This document shows positions 54,822 through 64,000 of a stretch of 64,000 nt of DNA, piece by piece. The stretch lies in assembly GCF_009914755.1 (NCBI RefSeq), contig NC_060932.1; one strand, written 5' to 3'. The stretch's first letter is position 1. Each line of letters begins with the position of its first letter. The position numbers were made by a program, and so were the translations under genes. Origin of the DNA: the human T2T-CHM13v2.0 reference genome, Homo sapiens. The notes under the pieces are model-generated. The model was not told the origin of the DNA. It searched no databases and saw only the letters and a program-made list of their open reading frames with translations.

Positions 54822-54946
54822 CTCGGCAGATGGGCCTGTGGTCACTCCAAGCAGCGAGCGTCTCTGTAACTCTCTGACAGGTGATGCTTTTAGATCCCTG
54901 GAGCACGTAATTGTCCTCACATGAAAACTGTACATTTGCACCAACC
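54822..54946 (-). CDS. CSMD1: CSMD1 internal coding exon (probably exon 9), C-terminal part of a Sushi/CCP domain
   Basis: Minus strand reads poly-T tract...aacggcttAG|G GTT GGT GCA AAT GTA CAG TTT TCA TGT...TGC CGA G|GTAAGGC. Translation (R)VGANVQFSCEDNYVLQGSKSITCQRVTETLAAWSDHRPICR has the Sushi C..Y.L.G...I.C....W....P.C pattern and matches CSMD1 as recalled. 125 bp, phase 2 in, phase 1 out. Confidence 0.96.
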
Positions 54947-55422
54947 CTAAGCCGTTAAAAAAGAAAAAAAAAAAACCCAAATTATTTACAGAAGACTTCT
55001 TTAGGAAAAAAAAAAAATCAGCAAAATGGCTGCTACGATCTTGTTCAGTTAAAACAGCCTAAGACATTAAGCAACTCATTAGGTAGTATGTATAGAGGCA
55101 ACCCTGTAATTTAGCAAAGGTTATAAAATCAAAAGACTTGGGTTCAGATTCCTGTTGTGCCAGCTTCAGAACTAAACAAACACATGAACCTTAACTTGTC
55201 ATGACTAAGACAGAATAAAATAGCAAAAATGACTTCACTGAATAGTGTGGCTTTAATAAGAAAATAAATGTGAAGAAATTTTGTACCCTGAAAACAAGAG
55301 GAAGTTGGATGTCATTCATCGTGAATAAATATTTTACAAAAACAAGAAGTAAAAAAGTCTAGGTTAAGAAAATATGTCAGTAAAGACTGTATTTTGCTAT
55401 CACACATGTTAATTATATTTAA

Positions 55423-55784
<362 letters not shown>

Positions 55785-57374
55785 TGTGTTTTAGAAGAAA
55801 GCAATCCATCCAGCCTGGATTTAGAGAAAAAACTGCCCTGGCTCCAGAGCTGCATTTGCAAACATGGAGCTTTACGGTTGTAAACATTAACAAGACACTG
55901 TCACAGAACACCAACTGGACAGCTGCATTCAAAAGTGTGAGAGGCAGAGATCAGGTTTGAACACCACCCAGTTACTTCTTCTGAGCCTGGCTTCTGGCAT
56001 TGAATTAAATGTAGGCTTATTTAACTCTCTGACAAGCGCATTGTTACAAGAGGAAATTCTACTCATGTTTTTAGTTTGAGAAACCACGGGTTGATGTTGA
56101 GGAAACAGAATTGAAATAAGGAGATGTGAAGGAAAAGAAGCACAGTTGTCAGTGTGGATGGATGAAGTTAATCATAGAGACAAGATAGGGGAAACATAAA
56201 TAGATGCTTTCCTTTCTTGCTTAGTGGAAAAAAAATCCATATCTATAATATCAGAGTGAATATCATTCAAGTAACATCGCACCAGCATCCCCCACGGCAT
56301 CTATGTAACACTCTCTGGGGATTGCCATGGATGTCGGCAACAGCCATCAAATCAGAGTCAAAGCAACTGGGAAAATTCTAGGTAAACAAAATTAAACACA
56401 TTTCTTTTCTAAAGGGGCATCTCATCTTAATAAAACTTAATATGCAAAAGCTTATTTTAGAAAATAATGAAGAGAATTCAAAAGATGTAGACTTTTCCAG
56501 ATTTATCTGTCTAGGAAGTTCTTTTTTTCACCAGGAATCTAGGACAACTAGAGTTCTATGGAACTAATTTTGAGAAACCCGGCATCATAAGAACATAATA
56601 TGTACTAATTTGAAATGTGAAAAATACCAAAAAACAAAACCCAGTCGTGATTCCCATTTTCATTGCTAGCCATCACAGTTATTTAAGATATCTGTAATTG
56701 TAGACATATTCTGCCGCCATCGTTTTTGATCATTGATCTGTGTTTAAACCTCATTTAAGAAATTTTCTTTTAAAAAATTGTTATATCTTTGTGTTTTCTA
56801 TTCCAGGTATCAGTCTCCAGTTCTTTCTATTTACCTACATTTTAATATCCATAGTTTTCATCATTCTTTCAATATATTGTCATTGAACATCTGCTATGTG
56901 TCACACTCTAAGTACCAAAGCGGCAGAAGTGAATAGCACAAAGCCACAATCTCATATAGATAACATAATAGTTAAGAAAGAAAAAAATAACCAAACCAAA
57001 CATAAAGAAAACAAAAAAGTGTCATAAAGCACCATGAAGAAAATAAATAAAATGACATGAGAGTCCTCGGGTAGGAAGAGTTGGAATTTGAGTGTGGCCA
57101 CTTCTTCAATGATCCCCTTAACCTGAGGCACTGATATTCAGTGTAATATTCCAGGGGAGTTCAAACAGAAAGGGAGGGATGGGGGAAGCATTGCTTCAAC
57201 TTAGCAAGCACTATATTTCAACGACTGCAGCACACCAATCCTTAGTCATGGAGGGCTCTCTGCTCCTATAACACCTCTATCTTTTTCATGCATTTTTTTC
57301 CTACATCCAACCAATATTCCTTTACGTATCAGTAGCAAATTGTATTCTGTTTTGAGAAAAACAATCAATAAGCC

Positions 57375-58580
57375 TAAACCCCCAAAGCGCAGACAACACA
57401 GGCAAAAACAGACAAACGAGATGACATCAAACTAAAACCCTTACGCACAGTAAAGGAAACAACAAACAGAGTGAAGAGACACCCTGCAGAATGGGAGAAG
57501 ATGCTGGAGAACAAAATACCTGCTAATGCGTTCATATCCACAAATACAAAGAACTCAAACAAGGGAATCACAAGAAAACAAATCACCCATGTAACATATG
57601 GGCAAAGGACCTGAATAGACATTTCTTTAAAGAAGACATAAAAACGACCAACAGGTATATGGAAAGGTGCTCCGTGTCACTAATCATCAGGGAAATGCAA
57701 ATTAAAACCACAGTGAGATATCAACTCACACCTGTTAAGATGGCTATTATCAAAAAGACAAAAAATAATAAGTGTTGGTGAGGATGTGGAGAAAAGGGAA
57801 CCCTTGTACATTGTTGTTAGAAATGTAAAATATGTAAATTAGCATACTCATTATGGAAAATAGTATAGGGGTTGCTGAAAAAATTAAAAATAGAACTACT
57901 ACATGATCTAGAATTTCACTTCTGATCCTATATCTGAAGGAAATGAAATCAATACGTTGAAGAGATATCTGCACTCTCATAGTCACTGCAGCGTTACTCA
58001 CAATAGCCAAGTCGTGGAATCAATGCAGGGGTCCAACACTGGACTGAGAAATGGATAAAGAAAATGTGGTGTGTGTGTGTGTGTGTGTGTGTGTGTTCAC
58101 GCGTGTGTGTACACAATGGAATACTATTCAGCCTTTTTTAAAAAAGAGGAAATCTTGCCATTTGTGACAACACAGTTGATCCTGGGGGAAATTATGCTAA
58201 GTAAAATGAACCAGGCACAGAAAGACAAGTACTGCATGATCTCATTTCTAGGTGAAATCTGGAAAAAATAGAACTCCCAGTAGCAGAGTGTGGGTATCAG
58301 GGGCTGGAGGAAGGAGAGGAAACAAATAATACAAAATTTCACTTAGGAGAAATAAGCTCAGGAGATCTACTACACAGCATGGTGACTGTAGTTAATAACA
58401 GCATATTGTATACTTGAAAATTGTCTGGAGAGATTTTGAAAGTTGTCACCATGAAAAATGACAAATATGTGAAGTAATGGGTATGTTAATTAGCTTGATT
58501 TGACCATTTCACAATGTATTCATATTCCAGACTCTCATGTACACCATAAATATCTACAGTTTTTCTCAATTTTAGAAAAG
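57375..58580 (+). mobile_element. L1MA 3' portion containing a (TG)n tract (~58070-58096)
   Basis: gacatcaaactaaaa...gaaatgcaaattaaaaccacagtgagatatca...caggcacagaaagacaagtactgcatgatctca...ttagcttgatttgaccatttcacaatgtat. Confidence 0.88.
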
Positions 58581-60369
58581 AAAATATCACCACTCTGACT
58601 AATTGATTTCATTTCTGGCAATATATGTTTATCATCCAAAATATAGGAAATTTCTGGTCAGTGATATTCTTCAGAAGACATTAGAGTGTCCAACAACAGG
58701 ACTGTGCTTGACTAAATTTTTTTGGATATATTTGAAAGAATGCAACATCGCTTTATAAAAGGCAAATATAAAATATATGTAGCAATAAAGAAAAATAAAA
58801 ATGACATGTAGTAATATAGAAAAAGAAAAAAGGACAATACAAAATTGTATGTACTGAAAATAACTATGATCTATCTATATTTATATCTAAATATTAGGAA
58901 GATAGGCACAACCCATTTTTGAGCGGTAGTATCACAAGTATCACAATACAAATTTTTGTTTATATATTCAAATGATTATATTTTTTCCTGATTCTATTAC
59001 TTTATAATTTAAAAGTTAAAATAAAAACACTTAGGCTGTTTCTATTAGACCGTTCCTTTCTTCTCACCCATCAAGGTAGTCATGTGCACTCTCCAGGACC
59101 TGAACTCGGCTCTTACTCTTCTCAGATTTCCACCAAAGGAAAGTTTTCAAAGACTAGTTCAGTGGAGAGCGGAGGATTGCTCCTGAGCTTCCACAATCAT
59201 CACCTGGTATCACAAGCTAGTCCAGAAATCTCTGCGCACATTCATATTCAGTACATTGAGAGTACAGTATAGAACACATTCCATAATTACGATCATGAAA
59301 CCTTTTTGCAAATTATCGGAAAAAGCCATCAATAGAATATGGAAGCTTCTCTAATTTCAAAGCATTAAAAATATTAACAGGAGCAACCTCTTCATTTGAT
59401 TGCAGCTGGCAAACAGAGCCAATGTGGGTAAACGCCATTCCAGCAGCACAGCCGAGGAGGAGACTCCACGTGGGAATAAATCAAGTTGAGGCAGAAACTA
59501 AATAAGACCCCAATTCTAATTTATTAATTCAATCTTTTGCTCTCATTTTATCTAACACATGAATCAGTTCAATTTCCAAGCCATGTGTGCTTTCGATGTC
59601 AAATATATAATAAACTAAGTTTTCACTGATTTATGATTACTATATTTGAAGTAATATAAATCAGATATAACATTAGATAATCTAACTTGGTTTTCTGGAA
59701 AGAAGTCTCAGAGGAAAATTCCAGGAGAAAAAAGCTAGCAGTGCCTTTCTATTGGCAAGTTACTTTAGTCCGCCCTAGATTAATTACGTTGCACAACTGA
59801 GACAATTGTTAGTAGTTAGTAACTGTAAGAAATACTGGAGAACTGATTTTGTGTAAGATCAAGATACATGGTACATTGACAATAAATATCACACAGCAAA
59901 AGTTAACTCAAACAAAGCAGCAAAATTTTGACTTTTCAATTAAATACAACAGGGAAACATACATTTTCTGCTTCTTCAATGCTTAACACTTCTGAAATTG
60001 CTCCGTATTTGATTTCGGAAGACATTTATCACCATATAATTCACTTTACCTCAGTATAAAGACTCTTTCTAAGTGAGTAAACTATTTCCAAACACGCTTT
60101 AGTTGTAATACAAGCAATTTCTAAATATGGTTCTCATAGAGCATAACTATTTGAGAACTTATTAAACATTGGTATCATAACTATTTTTGAAAAATAATTT
60201 GAGGTGACTCGAAGATTAAACTAATGTTCAAAACAGGAAATGGGTTGACTTAGCTGTCCGCTGTTTACCAGAGATTACACTAATCTACTGACTGGCTAGG
60301 TAAGGATCTCCTACCTCTCTTTTCAACCCACACTGCTCAGCGTCTACTGAATCTGCTGATGCAACCAAT

Positions 60370-60962
60370 AAATAGATGAGAGATAGATGATTGATAGACA
60401 GATAGATGATAGAGAGATTAGATGACAGATACACAGATAAACGGAGAGACAGATGATAGACAAAGAGATGGATGGATGGATAGATGGAAAGATGGAAAGA
60501 TGGATAGACAATGGATGGATAGATGATAGGTACATAGATTAGATAGATAAATAGATGATAGATGAATAGATGGATAGATGACAGATAGCTGGATGGAGGA
60601 ATATATGGATTAGACAGATAAATAGATGGATAGATACACAGATGCATGGATAGATGAATGGATGGAAAGATAGATTGATAGATAAAAGACGGATGGATAG
60701 ATGATAGGTAGATAGATACATAAATAGATGACAGACGAATAGATGGATAGATGATAGATAGATGGAGGAATCGACGGATTAGAGAGACAGATAAATAGAT
60801 GGATAGATACATAGATGGATAGATAGATGAATGGATAGGTAAGTAGATATCCATCTGGTTAGGTAGATAGATTGACAGATGACAGATAGATGGACAGAAA
60901 GATAAACAAGTGGATAGATAGATACAAAGATGGATAGATAGCTACAGAAAGACAGATATATA
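60370..60962. repeat. ~600-bp compound (GATA/GATG/GACA)n microsatellite
   Basis: Direct; explains ORFs 60285-60854, 60344-60535, 60539-60721 and 60779-61003. Confidence 0.95.
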
Positions 60963-61631
60963 TCTTTCTGTGTTAAAAAGTCCACTTCAAACATATACTT
61001 CAATACTCATAAATATAAAAGGAATATATATATATTATTAGGTATCGAAGGTAGGCATTTAAACATTTTTGCATCTTCAGCAAAAAGAAAAAATACATTA
61101 GGTAAAATGTTTTTCAGTCTCAAGCAGCAGAAAACACAAAAATTTGAGGAAACCTTTTCTTCAGCGTGACATTCAAGCCTGGATTTGCCATATTTGTCCT
61201 TGTAAAATGGAGATGGATGGCATGGGGGCAGTAGCTGCAGCCACACTTTATCAAAGGTTTAGAAATGTTGCTTGAATGAAAGTATTTGCTTAAGAGGAAC
61301 AAAGCTGTGAGCAGGAGGAAGGGTGAATGCTGAAGGGTCTATGTGCGTGTTTACGTGTGTGTGCACATCCGTGTGTGTGTGCACATCCGTGTGTGTGTGT
61401 GTGTGAGTATGCACAGCTTTGATTTTTCTTCCCCCTGTATTTTACTAAAACTCTGAGGACTTTTGTCCTAGCACAGCACACGTTAAAAGCTACAGACTTC
61501 CAAATTCACAGTGGGATCCAGGTGTACATCATGAAATAGGTGTAAAGGAGATGTGATGGTACGTTCTCCCACTTCCTGCTTCTCCACTATAAGAAATAAA
61601 GTCAAAGCCCACAGTGTGGAATCGATGAGTT

Positions 61632-61806
61632 GCCCAAACAGCAAAGGTGGTGGCCTGGCCCTCCCCGCAGGCACCCCATCCCAAGGAGAAGTCAGAACTC
61701 CTGGCCTGTGCTTGGATATAGGCAGGAGAGGCTGGAAGCCCTGGATGGGGGGTCCTGCCCAGTGAGAAGGAATGGAGCTGAGTCCTGCTTAAAGCGGTCT
61801 GGCTAC
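61632..61806 (-). mobile_element. Older primate L1 5' UTR fragment
   Basis: caaaggtggtggcctggccctcccc...ggctggaagccc...cctgcccagtgagaaggaatgga...cttaaagcggtctggc resembles the reverse complement of an older L1P 5' UTR. Confidence 0.55.
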
Positions 61807-64000
61807 CGCCAGAACTTGTCACTGGAGCTGTGGTGATAAGTGTGATGGTGGCGTGGAGGCTGTGGAAGCCCAGTGTCATGTTTCCCCACCATACTTGGGA
61901 CCAAGACCCAAGCTGGGTGAGGAGACAGAACAAGACAGAACCCCCGCGTTGTGTCTGTGTGTTCAGGAGTAATGCAGGACTCCTTAGTTCCCAGCTGTGG
62001 CCTCATGGAGAAGCCCCTGTGTCTCCTGGTGCTTCATAGAGTCTGGAGAAGGTGGGAGGAGCCCGTGATGGAGAAGGTCAAGCCCATGAGCCTCCCCCAG
62101 GTCCACCTGCCTCCAGGGCAGAGGCCTAGGAAAGGTTATGACTGGGAGTGAGTGGCACAGGCGGGATGGAGGAGAGATGCCTGCTCTCACTAAGGCCAAA
62201 ATGCCCTCTCCACAGCCCGGGCCCTTAACATCCTTGAGAGAGAGTGAAGGGATGTCCAGATCTGACTTTTAACCTGCTTCACTAGGAAATCACTAATTTT
62301 AACTCTTTTAAGAATGAACAGATAAAGTTTTCTGACTCAGACAAAATGAGGATCCCACAAAAGAAATTACCAATCACAGTACAAATAAAACTACATTTTA
62401 TACATCAGAATTTATAGACTTATTAATTCAACTTCATATATCCATTTTAACTTACTTTGCAAATAACACTGCTATCCTTATTATATATGGGTCATTCTCC
62501 CATCTTTGCCATCTCTTTCTCCCTATCTCCCTCTCTCTTTCTCTATTTTTCTCTTTCCCTGCCTTCCTCCATCTTACTTGATTTTCACATTAAAACACTG
62601 CTTTTTCCCAATACGTAGAATCAGTTATATGGGGAGTTTCCTGAACAAGGTGCTAAAAAGTTTTCTGGAAACGCTATTAGAAAGACGACAGTGTTTTTCT
62701 AACTTTAGAGCAACAGAGTGACGTTTGATTCAAGAAAAGGAATGAGAGAGGAAAAACCAACCAGAACACCTCCAATATCTAATATTCTTCAGCACCTTGA
62801 AAACATTTGGCTGCTCCTCACTCTTCACTCTTTTCCATGGGCCTCTGCTATGCCCGACCTACAGGGGTTTGGCACTCATTTACGGCCGTCCCCAAATGCA
62901 CCAGACATGAGGCGAGCCCTGGACCGTATTAATGAGCTGCCAGTGTAGGAGATACTTCATCAAACAGCTCTTGGTCAATATATTAAATCTAAATTGCTAT
63001 GGGAATATTAACAAAAAAGAACTGATTTGCCTTTAGTAAAAAGATAAGAAGAACTTATGCTGGAAACTGAAATTTGGGTTACGTCTTGAAAGATGCATAG
63101 AATGTATTTTTTTTTTCCAAAATGAGTATATGTGTTATGGATTAAAAAACCACCACAGCAAAACCCTGTTGGTAACAAAGCTGAGGTTTGTTCAGACAAT
63201 TGCATATAACTTGGTTTGTCCAGGAATGTTTTTCAAAGGTTATTTCCATTACCATGGAGGCTATCTCCTACCTTCCTGTTTTGAAGTTGCACGGTGTCCT
63301 TCCCCAGTAGATACAATGACTTAGGTTTATACCCTCTGCCTCCACCTCACCTCCCTTCTCTCACTTCTGAGGCATATAACTTAGTTCCTTTATTGCTCCA
63401 TCTCAGGTTTAGTCTCAGGATATTAACACAAAGCACAGAAGTATGGAAGAGTGGGAGGCTTGGGAGAAGAGGCCGGTTGGGAAGGTGTTAACCTCCGAGG
63501 GAACCGCGGTGTGTCATTCACCTTGAAATCTCTCACAGCTTCCAGCACTGCTCATGGAGCTTCTGAGAGCCCTGCAATAAATACCTTTGGAACTAATGTG
63601 AGCAAAAACCAGGAGACAGAAGCAGGAATTCAGAACATCTCCTAGATGTGGAAGAAGCCTCTGAACTGAAGGGCTTTAGGAAGAAAAACACAACCCGGCC
63701 TCTGTGTGCAGTCTCTCAGCATCCACGCGGCACGTGAACCCTTGGGAACATTCATCTCTATTTTAAAATAAATGCTTTAGGTATCCTCTCCGATTGTCCT
63801 ATAAGGGAGTTTTTACACTACTCAGATGGGAACTTGGACAATTCACCGGATGGCCTCTGCTGAGGGATGCCCCTTAGGGACACGATCCTAATAAGCAAGA
63901 CCAGGAAGGCTGGGAAGACCATTTGCAAGCAAGCCAGCCACATGCTAGGGAAACAATGTCCCATTGTGTGACTTGCTCAGCATTCCAGAAAATGCCATCA

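Noticed and set aside
60285-60854. 189-aa ORF, the longest in the window
   Set aside because: Translation of the (TATC/TCCA)n microsatellite; low-complexity S/I/Y/L/H sequence.

Overview
Human (primate) genomic DNA from inside the very large CSMD1 gene (8p23), which runs on the minus strand. Only two coding exons are present. 54822-54946 (125 bp) encodes the end of a Sushi/CCP domain. 43632-43753 (122 bp) encodes the start of the next CUB domain. They splice in frame across an ~11 kb intron and from memory are exons 9 and 10. Everything else is AT-rich intron: eight Alus, L1/L2/MIR relics, LTRs (LTR9-like, LTR47, MER41C, MSTB, MLT), hAT DNA-transposon fossils (including a Charlie transposase remnant), microsatellites and two minisatellites. 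I see no convincing new gene or new system. The most notable structures are: (i) a 23 x 43-bp VNTR whose CSMD1-sense strand is dense in YCAY (NOVA-type) motifs; (ii) a 14/28-bp minisatellite made of CACCTG E-boxes; (iii) a truncated L1 with an apparent 3' transduction and a GATA microsatellite, all enclosed by one 13-bp target-site duplication (TSD); (iv) inverted Alus around the two exons; (v) two CTCF-like motifs. Repeat subfamily names come from recalled consensus sequences, and repeat boundaries are approximate unless a TSD is quoted.
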